A stretch of DNA of 64,000 nt from an uncultured Clostridia bacterium (GCA_947624995.1 CANQMS010000006.1:11393-75392), one strand, 5' to 3'. Positions 1-9,704 are shown, counted from the first letter of the stretch. The notes: generated by a model from the letters alone, not told the origin. Numbers and translations: made by a program.

Positions 1-2
1 TG

Positions 3-557
3 TCGGGGGTCGAGGTGATCCCGGCGGAGCTGCCGTATGACTTTGCGACCGGCTTTCACGGCGGGTTCGCCGTTGCCGGTGTGCGCGGTGCGGGCGGCGA
101 GGCGTGGCGATACGGATTGATAGACAGGGCGGGCAGAGAGGCGGTCCCGCCGATATATGACCGCATACATATCATGTACAGTGTGCCGGGGGTGTATCTC
201 GGCGTCAACGGCGACCGCGCCGTTATCATTGACGGGGCGGCAGGCTGCCGCGCTGCGGGCGAGATACGCGGGAGCTTTATCCGCCCGAGAGGAAAATATG
301 TGGGTGCGATCTGCGGCGGGCATGAGGCGCTCTTTGACCTTTCCGGCAAAATGATCCTGCCGCCGAAATATGAGCGCGTCATACCGAAGGAGAGCTTTGC
401 GGCGGTGAGCGACGGCGACAAATGGGGCGTCGTCGGGCTGCCGGGCGGGAGTATCATCATCCCGCTCGTGTATGATTCGATCAGCCCGGCGTTCGACGAG
501 GAAGGGTATTCGATCGCCCGCTCGGGGGACGACAGCTTTGTCATACATATTGAGTGA
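3..557 (+). CDS. WG-repeat-containing protein (5' partial, runs off window start)
   Basis: Repeated motifs YGLIDRAGREAVPPIYD, LFDLSGKMILPPKYE, KWGVVGLPGGSIIIPLVYD; frame is open back to the window edge. Confidence 0.75.
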   Translation, partial: SGVEVIPAELPYDFATGFHGGFAVAGVRGAGGEAWRYGLIDRAGREAVPPIYDRIHIMYSVPGVYLGVNGDRAVIIDGAAGCRAAGEIRGSFIRPRGKYVGAICGGHEALFDLSGKMILPPKYERVIPKESFAAVSDGDKWGVVGLPGGSIIIPLVYDSISPAFDEEGYSIARSGDDSFVIHIE

Positions 558-626
558 AGAATAAAAAAGCGCCGACGGCATCGCCCGCGGCGGATCTGTT
601 GTCGGTGACAGGGAGGTGACTGTATA

Positions 627-1076
627 ATGTTGAGAATTATCGGAAGAAAGCTCGGTTACGGTGCGTTTTACATCTTTATAAAGGGTGTTATAGAATGGCT
701 TGTCGGCTCGGCGCTGCCGATGTATTTCGCGGTGAGCGTCCTTGTCGGGGACGTCGCGGTCGCGGCGCTGTCGTACAGCTTCCGCGTCGGCAGAGGGGAG
801 CTGAGGCGCGAATATCTCTCGGGGCTTGAGGGTGACGGCGGCGCGAAATATGAGCTCTGCTATATGCGCGGCTTTGCCGAATTTTGGATAGAAGTTATTA
901 TGGCGGTGATTTATTTTACCGCAGGCGAGCTAATCTATTTGGCGTCGGGGGAAGGGTTTTATGTCCTCGACCTGCTCATCAATATAGTTATATTCGCGGT
1001 CGCGGACGTTATCGTGTGGGAGATCGTACACAATAAATGGAAGTCCGAGCACATCGAGAGGCGGGACAAGAACTGA
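627..1076 (+). CDS. hypothetical membrane protein
   Basis: GGGAGG RBS upstream; about 4 hydrophobic segments. Confidence 0.65.
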   Translation: MLRIIGRKLGYGAFYIFIKGVIEWLVGSALPMYFAVSVLVGDVAVAALSYSFRVGRGELRREYLSGLEGDGGAKYELCYMRGFAEFWIEVIMAVIYFTAGELIYLASGEGFYVLDLLINIVIFAVADVIVWEIVHNKWKSEHIERRDKN

Positions 1077-1197
1077 GACGAGGAAACCGTAAATGTACCT
1101 TCGAAAAATTTTTTGATAAAAAGTCAAAATAACTATTGACAATCGTATGAACGTATGATACGATTATATCACAAAGTGAAGGAGGCAAATAACCGGT

Positions 1198-2508
1198 ATG
1201 AAAAAGTTCATGATTTCAGCGATAGCGGCGGTCATCATTTTGGGATGTTTGACGGCTTGTGACAGCGGCGGGGGTGTGCCCGCCGGGACATCGGCGGGGA
1301 CTGCGGCTCCGGGCACTGACGTGCCGACCGCGGCGCCACCTGTTACGGATGATACGGAGCCGACGACCGCGCCGGAAACAGCGCCGGACGAGACGGTCCC
1401 GCCCGAGACGGGCGAGTCTGACGGCACGGCGGAAGACCGCGAACCGAACCCGGGACCTTCGACGCTTTGGGGCAACAACCTCGGCGAGCCGGGCCGTGTG
1501 CGCGCGCCTGCCGAGCCAGACGGCGATTTTCAGAAAGGCACACAGTACCTAACCTGCGGCGTCAAGTTCTTTTACCTTTACGGCGGCGCCGTATGGATGC
1601 AGGACCTGAACGATCCGCAGCCCGTGGGAGAGCTCGTCTACAGTGACAGGGACAGCGAATCCGGCGGGGACGTGAGTATGGTCGTTGACAGAGAGGCGAC
1701 GGAGGCGAATGGCGGCGAGCCCGTACTCATAATTTTTTACAGCCCCATCGAGGGCAAGGGCAAGATCGTGTCGGTCAACACGAAGACCGGCGAGAATACC
1801 GTCATCCGTGACGGCATCGGCGGGATGCGCTCATCGTTTACGATGTATAAGGACACGCTCTATTTCGCGACGCTGATGATGAGCGGCGACGGGATGGAAT
1901 TCTATTACACGCTGCACAGCGTCAAAAAAGACGGGGAAGACTATGTTAAGTCGCAGGGGTTCAATGCGTCTCCGCTGTGGTCGCTCGAATGGATAAGCGG
2001 CGACAGAATATACTGCTCCGACGGCAGCGCCGGGCATATCGTATCGTATGACCTCGCGTTTGAGGACGAAAAAGTATACGAAGGGAAGGTCACCTCGGTC
2101 GTTTATGTCGACGACAGATATATCTGTTATACGTCCTTCGACGGGGACGCGGAGGAGGCATCGCTTTACAGGTGCGACGTGAACGAGCCGCTGACAGGCG
2201 CGCAGGCGCTCCTGAAAACAGATGACAAGCTCATCGTCGGATATTATGACGGGGCGGTATACTATATCGAAAAGAGCGGCAGCGCGATATTCGAGTTCAA
2301 TTTATCGACGAGAAAATCGAAAAAGGTATTTGATATCGGAGATGTGCCGGATAGTGTCATGGTGATCCCCGTGACCGTTAACGATAAGTATGCGGTCTAT
2401 CGGGCGATATATATGGCGGGGAGCGAGGATGACATTGAGACCCCCGGTTACAATCACTATGTGTGCGCGGACTACAGGACGGGCAGCATGTGGAAGATAC
2501 AGGATTGA
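1198..2508 (+). CDS. lipoprotein with Pro/Thr-rich linker and probable beta-propeller (DUF5050-like) domain
   Basis: Lipobox LTAC after signal peptide; low-complexity linker; beta-rich repeats; TTGACA-17-TACGAT promoter and AGGAGG RBS upstream. Confidence 0.7.
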   Translation: MKKFMISAIAAVIILGCLTACDSGGGVPAGTSAGTAAPGTDVPTAAPPVTDDTEPTTAPETAPDETVPPETGESDGTAEDREPNPGPSTLWGNNLGEPGRVRAPAEPDGDFQKGTQYLTCGVKFFYLYGGAVWMQDLNDPQPVGELVYSDRDSESGGDVSMVVDREATEANGGEPVLIIFYSPIEGKGKIVSVNTKTGENTVIRDGIGGMRSSFTMYKDTLYFATLMMSGDGMEFYYTLHSVKKDGEDYVKSQGFNASPLWSLEWISGDRIYCSDGSAGHIVSYDLAFEDEKVYEGKVTSVVYVDDRYICYTSFDGDAEEASLYRCDVNEPLTGAQALLKTDDKLIVGYYDGAVYYIEKSGSAIFEFNLSTRKSKKVFDIGDVPDSVMVIPVTVNDKYAVYRAIYMAGSEDDIETPGYNHYVCADYRTGSMWKIQD

Positions 2509-2509
2509 C

Positions 2510-2553
2510 AAAAAAATCGGGCTGCCGCACACAAACGTGCGGCAGCCCGGTTT
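2510..2553. terminator. bidirectional intrinsic terminator
   Basis: 13-bp stem CGGGCTGCCGCAC/GTGCGGCAGCCCG flanked by A- and T-runs, between convergent genes. Confidence 0.75.
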
Positions 2554-2566
2554 AATATGCCTTGAT

Positions 2567-4594
2567 TTATTCGTCGTCCTCGACCTTTGATTCGGCGATG
2601 ATCTTCTGGGCGATGTTGCCCGGAACTTCCTCATAGCGCACGACTTCAAAGTCGTAGTGACCTCTGCCCTGCGTCATGGCGCGGAGCGCGACGGTGTAGT
2701 CCATCATCTCCGCCTTCGGAGCCTCCGCCTCGATGACGGTGTAGCCCTTCTTCGCCTCCCACGGATTCATGCCGAGCACACGGCCGCGGCGCTTGCCGTT
2801 GAGGTCGCCCATGATGTCGCCGACTATCGCATCCGGCACGTAGACCTTGAGCGCGCCGACCGGCTCGAGGATGACGGGGTTCGCCTGCGGCAGACCCGCC
2901 TTATATGCGAGGCGCGCGGCGAGCTTGAACGAAATTTCGTTACTGTCGACGGGGTGATACGAGCCGTCAAACAGGTCTGCGGCGAGGTGAACGACCGGAT
3001 ATCCGGCGAGCACACCGTGCTGCATCGCGTCGAGAAGACCCTTCTCGACCGCGGGGTAGTACTGCTTCGGCACCGTACCGCCGACGACGCTCTGCGTGAA
3101 CGTCAGACCCTCGTCCTCACCGGGAGCGAACGTCATCTTGACGTGACCGTACTGACCGGAGCCGCCGGACTGTTTCTTGTGCTTGCCCTCGACGGAGACG
3201 CGCTTCTTGATCGTCTCGCGGTATGCGATCTTCGGGGCGACAAGGTCGACGGAGACGCCGTAGCGCGACTTCATCTTGGACTTGACGACTTCGAGATGGA
3301 TATCGGACATGCCGTAGATGAGCATCTGCTTCGTCTCGGCGTTGTTCTCGTATTTGAGCGTGAGATCTTCCTCGAGCAGCCTTGCGACGCCCGTGGATAT
3401 CTTGTCTTCGTCGCCCTTTGAGGACGGCTGGATCGCCATGCAGAGGAACGGCGTCGGGAAGACGATCTTCTTATAGCCCTCGGTCCCGCCGAGCGTGTTG
3501 TTCGTGTTCGTGTTCGCGAGCTTCGGGATCATGCCGATGTCGCCGGCGGAGAGCTCGTCGACCTCGGTCTGCTTCTTGCCGCGGACCGTGTAGATGTGGG
3601 AGAATTTCTCGCTCGTGTCCGTGTCGAGATTGCGCAGCGTCGTGTCGCGGCGGAGCGTGCCGGACATGACCTTGAAGAAGGACTGCTTTCCGAACGAGTC
3701 CGCGACCGTCTTATATACGAAGACGGAGGTGTCGCCCTCAGCCTTGACGCTGCCCGCGGTGATCGGATTCGGGAAGCTGCTGATGAGCGCGTCGATAAGC
3801 GTTGTGACGCCCCAGAGGTTCGTTGCGGAGCCGCTGAACACGGGGACGATGGATTCGTCAAGAATGCCGGAGTGGATCGCCTCGGACGCTTCTTCGCGCG
3901 TGATCGGCTCTTCCATAAGTATTTTTTCCATGAGCTCCTCGCTCGTCATCGAGAGCGAGTCGTAGAGGACGGTCTTGTATTCCTCCGCCTCGGCGGCAAA
4001 GGACGCGGGGATCTCGCACTCGATGGCGGTGCCCTTCTTCGGGTCGTAGGTGTACGCCTTCATCTCGATGAGGTCGGCGAACATTCCCTTCTGTCCCGTG
4101 ACGGGGACGACGACGGGGCAGACCGAGATGCCGAACATGTCGCGCAGCTCGTCAAATACGCGGCGGAAGTGCGCGTCATTGTCGTCCGCCTTGTTGATGA
4201 AGAATGCCTTCGGGATATCCGCCTCCGTCGCGTTGTCCCAGGAGAGCTCGGTGCCGACCTCGACGCCCGCCTTCGCATCCACAAGGATGACGGCGCTGTC
4301 TGCGGCAAAGAGCGCTTCCTTGACTTCGCCGACGAATTCGAGATATCCGGGCGCGTCGAGAATATTTATCTTCTTGCCCTTCGTTTCAACGGGTACAAGC
4401 GCCGTCGAAAGCGAATAGCCGCGCTTTATCTCTTCGGGGTCGTAGTCGCTCGTCGTGTTGCCGTCCGTCGTTTTGCCCATTCTGTCGACGGCGCCCGTGA
4501 CGTAGAGCATCGCCTCCGTGAGAGACGTCTTGCCCGAGCCGCCGTGCCCGAGGAGGGCGATGTTGCGTATGTCGGTTGATTTGTAGGTTGCCAT
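2567..4594 (-). CDS. fusA2: elongation factor G-like protein (EF-G2 paralog)
   Basis: GHGGSGKT, DAPG and NKAD G-motifs; RGYSL in place of RGITI; KKQSGGSGQYG and DGSYHPVDS in domain IV; not in an str operon. Confidence 0.9.
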   Translation of the reverse strand: MATYKSTDIRNIALLGHGGSGKTSLTEAMLYVTGAVDRMGKTTDGNTTSDYDPEEIKRGYSLSTALVPVETKGKKINILDAPGYLEFVGEVKEALFAADSAVILVDAKAGVEVGTELSWDNATEADIPKAFFINKADDNDAHFRRVFDELRDMFGISVCPVVVPVTGQKGMFADLIEMKAYTYDPKKGTAIECEIPASFAAEAEEYKTVLYDSLSMTSEELMEKILMEEPITREEASEAIHSGILDESIVPVFSGSATNLWGVTTLIDALISSFPNPITAGSVKAEGDTSVFVYKTVADSFGKQSFFKVMSGTLRRDTTLRNLDTDTSEKFSHIYTVRGKKQTEVDELSAGDIGMIPKLANTNTNNTLGGTEGYKKIVFPTPFLCMAIQPSSKGDEDKISTGVARLLEEDLTLKYENNAETKQMLIYGMSDIHLEVVKSKMKSRYGVSVDLVAPKIAYRETIKKRVSVEGKHKKQSGGSGQYGHVKMTFAPGEDEGLTFTQSVVGGTVPKQYYPAVEKGLLDAMQHGVLAGYPVVHLAADLFDGSYHPVDSNEISFKLAARLAYKAGLPQANPVILEPVGALKVYVPDAIVGDIMGDLNGKRRGRVLGMNPWEAKKGYTVIEAEAPKAEMMDYTVALRAMTQGRGHYDFEVVRYEEVPGNIAQKIIAESKVEDDE

Positions 4595-4881
4595 TTGCTT
4601 CTCCTTAATCGGTTTTTATGTATATGACGTGCCGTCAATATCCGTATGTGAACGTGCCGAAAAAAACGGTCCGTACCTATCAATTATACACGATTGCGCT
4701 CTACTATGCAAGGGGTGTTTCTTCATTTTCAATGATTTTTTCGCGCCGGGAGCGATTTTTTTGCACAAAAAGACGATTTTTTCCGCCTCTGCCGCATATG
4801 CGGCACCGTCCGGCTTGTGCTCCCGGGCGCTTTTATGGTATACTTATGATGCAAATACATGACCTCACGGAGGAAAACCTC

Positions 4882-7065
4882 ATGGGCATATCATTTTTCC
4901 CCGAAAAAAAAATATTCAAGCTCGACACGTCCGCCTCGTCGTACATATTCAAAATAGGCGCGGGCGGCTACGTCATGGGGCTGTACTACGGCGCGCGCCT
5001 CGACGAGCACGACGTCGACTATCTCACGGTGCGCGAGGGGCACGACTCGACCGTGCCGCTCTCCGCCGCCGTTGACGACTGGCGCTTTTCCCCGGACACG
5101 ATGCAGGCTGAGTACCCGGCATACGGCTCGGGCGACTTCCGCATATCGGCGGTGAAGATAAAAAACGGGGACGGAAATTCCGTCACCGACTGCCGGTACG
5201 TCTCGCACAGAATATATAAGGGGAAGGAACCAATCCCGGGGATGCCGTCGACGGCAGGCGGCGAGGGCGAGGCGGAGACGCTCGAGCTATACTGCCGGGA
5301 CGTGACGGGCGCCGAGATCACGCTCGTCTACTCCGTCTATGAAAGCCACCCCGTCATAACGCGGCGCGCTGTCATAAAAAACGGCGGTGAGGCGCCGATA
5401 TATGTGGAGCGCGCGTACAGCGCCGCCGTCGATTTCACGCATCCGGAGTTCAGGCTGCTGCACCTCTGGGGCTGCTGGGGGCGGGAGAGGGCGGTCGAAC
5501 GCCGCGATCTCGGTCACGGCATAACGACTGTTTCGAGCGGGAGGGGCGCATCCGGGCATTATCACAACCCGTTCGCGGCGCTGCTCGCGCCGGGGTGTAC
5601 CGAGGAGTCCGGCGAGGCTTACGGGTTCAATCTCGTTTACAGCGGAAATTTCTCGATAGACGCGGAGGTGGACGCTTTCGGGCTCACGCGCATCCTTGTC
5701 GGTATAAATCCCGAGGGGTTTTCGTGGAAGCTCGAGCCGGGCGAGGATTTTTGCACGCCCGAGGCGGTTATGGTATATTCGGACCGGGGCGAGGGCGGCA
5801 TGTCTCGTGCGCTGCACCGCTTTTACCGCGAGCACCTGCTCTCGGAAAAGTGGTTAAAAGCGCCGCGCCCCGTCGTCGTCAACAACTGGGAGGCGACGTA
5901 TTTCGGATTCGACACGGAAAAGCTCGTCTCGATAGCGAGGTCGGCGGCGGAGCTCGGGATAGATATGCTCGTCGTGGACGACGGCTGGTTCGGCCGCCGA
6001 AATGACGACACCTCGTCCCTCGGCGACTGGGTCGCGAACGAGGAAAAGCTGCCGGGCGGGCTCTCTCTGCTCGCGGAGCGCGTGAATGCGCTCGGACTCG
6101 GGCTCGGGCTGTGGTTCGAGCCGGAAATGGCGAGCCGGGACAGCGACCTCTATCGCGCGCATCCGGAATGGTGCATACGGACTGAGGGGCGCGATATGTC
6201 GATCGCGCGCCATCAGTATATACTCGATCTATCGCGCGAGGACGTCCGGGACTATATCGTGGATTCGCTCTCGTCCGTGCTCTCGTCGGCGAATATCGAA
6301 TACGTCAAGTGGGATTTCAACCGCAATCTGACCGAGTATTCGTCGTCGCTCCTGCCGAGCGACAGGCAGGGCGAGGTCTTCCACCGCTATGTGCTCGGGC
6401 TCTATGAGGTCATAGAGAGGCTGCAAAAGGCTTTCCCGGACGTGCTGTTTGAGGGGTGCGCGTCGGGCGGCGGCAGATATGACCCCGCCATGCTGCACTA
6501 TTTCCCGCAGTACTGGACGAGCGACGACACGGACCCGCTCGAAAGGATAAAAATACAGTACGGGACCTCGATCGCGTACCCGGCGTGTACGATGAGCTGT
6601 CACGTCTCGGCGTCTCCGAACCATCAGACCGGGAGGCGGACGCCGCTCAGAACGCGCGGCGACGTTGCGGCGGCGGGCGTTTTCGGATACGAGCTCGACC
6701 CGACCGCGCTCTCCGACCGCGAGCGCGAGGAGGTGAGGCGGCAGATCGCGGAATACAAGGCGCACCGCCGCATCGTCATGGAGGGCGACCTCTATAGACT
6801 CGTCCCGCCGGAAGGGAACGTTGCCGCGTGGATGTATGTGACGCCGGATCTGGAGGAGGCGCTCTTTACATACGTCCGCATGAGGACGATGATAGCGCCC
6901 GTTTCGTTCGTCAGGCTCGCGGGGCTCGACCCGGACCGCACGTATACGGACGGGGACGGCAGGCGTTATCTCGGCAGCACGCTTATGCGCGCCGGGCTCA
7001 ATCTTACCGGCAGCCGCCGGGACGGCGAGAGCGTGACCGTTTATTTAAAGGCGGAGCCGCAGTAA
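4882..7065 (+). CDS. alpha-galactosidase, GH36
   Basis: NNWEATYF, VVDDGWF, YVKWDFNR, EGCASGGGR and WTSDDTD motifs; GGAGG RBS before ATG 4882. Confidence 0.93.
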   Translation: MGISFFPEKKIFKLDTSASSYIFKIGAGGYVMGLYYGARLDEHDVDYLTVREGHDSTVPLSAAVDDWRFSPDTMQAEYPAYGSGDFRISAVKIKNGDGNSVTDCRYVSHRIYKGKEPIPGMPSTAGGEGEAETLELYCRDVTGAEITLVYSVYESHPVITRRAVIKNGGEAPIYVERAYSAAVDFTHPEFRLLHLWGCWGRERAVERRDLGHGITTVSSGRGASGHYHNPFAALLAPGCTEESGEAYGFNLVYSGNFSIDAEVDAFGLTRILVGINPEGFSWKLEPGEDFCTPEAVMVYSDRGEGGMSRALHRFYREHLLSEKWLKAPRPVVVNNWEATYFGFDTEKLVSIARSAAELGIDMLVVDDGWFGRRNDDTSSLGDWVANEEKLPGGLSLLAERVNALGLGLGLWFEPEMASRDSDLYRAHPEWCIRTEGRDMSIARHQYILDLSREDVRDYIVDSLSSVLSSANIEYVKWDFNRNLTEYSSSLLPSDRQGEVFHRYVLGLYEVIERLQKAFPDVLFEGCASGGGRYDPAMLHYFPQYWTSDDTDPLERIKIQYGTSIAYPACTMSCHVSASPNHQTGRRTPLRTRGDVAAAGVFGYELDPTALSDREREEVRRQIAEYKAHRRIVMEGDLYRLVPPEGNVAAWMYVTPDLEEALFTYVRMRTMIAPVSFVRLAGLDPDRTYTDGDGRRYLGSTLMRAGLNLTGSRRDGESVTVYLKAEPQ

Positions 7066-7177
7066 AAAGTTTTGAAAAGGGGGGATCGGGGGGAAAAAAG
7101 ATGGGGCAGCCGCCCCATCTTTTGCTTTTTCGCGAGGCGAAAAAGCCGAATTTAATCCTAAAAGGCACTCCCCCCGG
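7064..7177 (-). repeat. hairpin/TTCAAA element, copy A (expanded, with two nested hairpins)
   Basis: AAAAAGTTTTGAAAAGGGGGGATCGGGGGGA ... CCTAAAAGGCACTCCCCCCGG; both ends match copy C. Confidence 0.8.
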
Positions 7178-7261
7178 CTCGCCCTAACCGATCCGCACAC
7201 TTTTACAACCTGCGGTTGAGTTTATGTTGCCGCAGACGATAGTTTATTTGATAAATCCGCG

Positions 7262-7290
7262 TTGACGCCGCGGATTTTTTGTTTTAGAAT
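7262..7290 (+). promoter_or_regulatory. sigma-A promoter for leader peptide and ABC transporter
   Basis: TTGACG-17 nt-TAGAAT. Confidence 0.65.
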
Positions 7291-7336
7291 AGACGACGGC
7301 GAATGTGCAAATGTTTGAAGGAAAGGAGAATTTACG

Positions 7337-7411
7337 ATGAGCATCGGAAAATTATTTGAAGAACACATACGGAAAAATGGGGCGCCGCGGCGCTGTCGGA
7401 ACATGAGATGA
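7337..7411 (+). CDS. putative 24-aa leader peptide MSIGKLFEEHIRKNGAPRRCRNMR
   Basis: AAAGGAG RBS; stop codon overlaps the 5' arm of a terminator-like hairpin upstream of the ABC transporter. Confidence 0.55.
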   Translation: MSIGKLFEEHIRKNGAPRRCRNMR

Positions 7412-7456
7412 GGCGATAGCTTCGGGACTCTGCCGATCGTCGCCTCATCCGTTTTT
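7407..7456 (+). terminator. attenuator-like hairpin
   Basis: GATGAGGCGA...TCGCCTCATC followed by CGTTTTT. Confidence 0.55.
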
Positions 7457-7486
7457 ATACGGACAATGAAAGGAGATCGGTATAAT

Positions 7487-9265
7487 ATGAAAAAATTTTT
7501 TAAAAAGGCAAAAAATATATTTTGGCTCATCGCGCCGTTCTGGAAGTACGGCAAGTGGGTCATCATATACGGGCTCATACACAACGGCATCATATGGCCG
7601 CTGCGCGACCTGCTCTACATCTATACGCCGCAGGTCGTTGTGAACGCGCTTGACGCGGGGCACGGGATCGCGTATGTGCTTTTGCTGACGGCGGGGCTGT
7701 ATTTCGTCTCGTTTGCGACGTTTTCGATATCGGATTATTATTGGGAGCTGCTCGACAAGGTCGGCAGCGAGCGCGCGAGGCTGAAAATTCGCAGGCTCGT
7801 GTATGACAAGGCGGAGGCGACGGATTACGCCTGCATCGACGACCCCGAGTTCTACGACAAATATAAATGGGCTCAGGACAATTTCGCGTCAAAGTCGCAG
7901 GACGCCGTCAATATGTGCAACAACCTTATTCGCGGCGTCATGTGCATATTGACGCTCGCCTCGGTCATAGCGACCGTTTCACCGTGGGCGATAGTCATCG
8001 TGACGGTGTACGCCTGCCTGCGCCTCCCCGTCAACGCGCGCCTCAACAAATACGAGATCGCGCGCGACGAGGAGTGCATACCTCATGACAGGCGCCTCGA
8101 CTATGTTCACCGCGTCTTTTATATGAAGGATTACGCCGCAGACCTGCGCTCGACGCGCCTGCCGGAGCTCTGCCGCCGCCACTACGACGAGCAGTCCGAG
8201 AAAAAGCTCGGCGTCATCTCGAAATATTCGAAAAAGGTGTTGAGGCTCGATATTCTGCTCTACGCGCTCTATGAGCTTTCGCAGTTTCTGATAATGGCGC
8301 TGATCGTTCTGTCGTTTTACCGCGGCGAGCTCGAGAGCACCGCAATGCTCGTGACGATGTTCATGGCGGCGGGGCAGCTGGCTGGCGACCTCTGGGACAT
8401 CACGGCAGTCGTCAAGGACTATGACAGGCTCGCGGGATATTCGGAGCGCATAAAGGCATTCTTCGATATGCCTTCAACTATCGAATCAAAACGCGACGGT
8501 GTCACAGTCCCGGGCGGTGCGTTTTCGCTCGAGATGAGGGACGTCGGATTCAGATATACGGATGAAAGTCCGTTCGTGCTGCGCCATCTGTCGCTCCGCG
8601 TCTCCCCCGGGGAGAGACTCGCGATAGTCGGCGAGAACGGAGCCGGAAAGTCAACGCTCCTCAAGCTTTTGTTGAGGCTTTACGACGTCACCGAGGGGGA
8701 GATCCTCATCGACGGCGTGAACATAAAGGAATACGATCCGCATATGCTCCGCGCGCGCGTCGGCGTCGCGTTCCAGAACACGAACGTGTACGCGATGACT
8801 ATGCGCGAAAATATCGGTCTCTGCCACGAGGCGGAGGGCGATCTTGACGCGGTCGTAAAGACGTTCGGCATCGACAGGGTGCTCGAGAAAAACGGTGTTG
8901 ACGCCGGATGCGAGATGACGAGGGAATTCTCGGAGCATGGCGTCGTCGTCTCCGGCGGCGAGGCGCAAAAGCTGGCGCTCACGCGCCTCAAAACGGCGGA
9001 GTTCGGGCTGTACCTGCTCGACGAGCCGTCCTCTGCGCTCGACCCGCTGGCTGAATATGAGATGACAAAGACGATAGTGAACGGAGCGGAAGGAAAGACG
9101 ACGCTGCTCATCGCGCACCGCCTCTCCTCCGTCCGCGAGATGGACAGGATCGTCCTCATCTCCGGCGGTCACGCCGCCGAATCCGGCACGCACGACGAGC
9201 TCATGAAGGCGGGCGGCATCTACGCCGCCATGTTCACAAAACAGGCCGAGGGATATAGAGAATGA
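7487..9265 (+). CDS. ABC transporter, fused permease and ATP-binding domains (exporter)
   Basis: N-terminal TM domain; GENGAGKST, VSGGEAQKL, LLDEP and AHRLS motifs. Confidence 0.92.
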   Translation: MKKFFKKAKNIFWLIAPFWKYGKWVIIYGLIHNGIIWPLRDLLYIYTPQVVVNALDAGHGIAYVLLLTAGLYFVSFATFSISDYYWELLDKVGSERARLKIRRLVYDKAEATDYACIDDPEFYDKYKWAQDNFASKSQDAVNMCNNLIRGVMCILTLASVIATVSPWAIVIVTVYACLRLPVNARLNKYEIARDEECIPHDRRLDYVHRVFYMKDYAADLRSTRLPELCRRHYDEQSEKKLGVISKYSKKVLRLDILLYALYELSQFLIMALIVLSFYRGELESTAMLVTMFMAAGQLAGDLWDITAVVKDYDRLAGYSERIKAFFDMPSTIESKRDGVTVPGGAFSLEMRDVGFRYTDESPFVLRHLSLRVSPGERLAIVGENGAGKSTLLKLLLRLYDVTEGEILIDGVNIKEYDPHMLRARVGVAFQNTNVYAMTMRENIGLCHEAEGDLDAVVKTFGIDRVLEKNGVDAGCEMTREFSEHGVVVSGGEAQKLALTRLKTAEFGLYLLDEPSSALDPLAEYEMTKTIVNGAEGKTTLLIAHRLSSVREMDRIVLISGGHAAESGTHDELMKAGGIYAAMFTKQAEGYRE

Positions 9266-9284
9266 TTAGGTTTAGAGGGATAAA

Positions 9285-9344
9285 TGCGGGAAGGAAACTT
9301 TTCATGAAAAGTTTCCTTCCCGCACCCTTCTTTCAAAAGTTTTT
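9285..9344 (+). repeat. hairpin/TTCAAA element, copy B
   Basis: Perfect 40-bp palindrome TGCGGGAAGGAAACTTTTCATGAAAAGTTTCCTTCCCGCA, then CCCTTCTTTCAAAAGTTTTT. Confidence 0.9.
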
Positions 9345-9492
9345 ATTATTGGACATACAAGTTTTTTATATCGCATATAAGCGGGCATGCTGCACAGTTA
9401 CGAACGATTCTACGTTTTAGCTAAATCGGGGGCGTTCGTTTTGTGAAAAAATACCTATTTTATTTTTGACGTACGTATGGTACAATAATATT

Positions 9493-9704
9493 GAACTCTG
9501 CGGAGTGCGTGACAACCCGGTTATTTAAACCCACGAAAGATTAAATGGGGTCCGGCTTCAGTCGGTGTCGATGCAGGCCTCCCGCTCGCCGGCAGCTTTT
9601 GCTCGCGACGGACGTTGGAAGCTCAAAAGCCGATCGAGAGGACATACCAGCCTTGCGAGAGCAGGGTTTCTAATCGCCGGGATGCACGGCCCTCGCGGGG
9701 TTTC
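9493..9704 (+). ncRNA. ssrS: probable 6S RNA
   Basis: End-to-end pairing GAACTCTGCG/CGCGGGGTTTC, GTGCGT/ATGCAC and CCCGG/CCGGG; A-rich 5' central bubble; 3' bubble hairpin CCTTGC-GAGA-GCAGGG; extended -10 TGGTACAAT upstream; T-run downstream. Confidence 0.72.

Noticed and set aside
1098-1115. CCTTCGAAAAATTTTT resembling the element tail
   Set aside because: No upstream hairpin and TTCAAA is not intact; probably AT-rich promoter-upstream sequence
3596-4579. Long antisense or alternate-frame ORFs (also 23665-24582, 26025-27356, 39371-40660, 50789-52150, 53326-54672)
   Set aside because: Shadows of well-supported genes, expected from high GC3 codon bias; no RBS or motifs
4618-4881. N-terminal extensions in the ORF track (also 25818-26222, 31618-31800, 45945-46451, 50487-50597)
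   Set aside because: They run through promoters, repeats or neighbouring genes; better RBS-supported starts lie downstream
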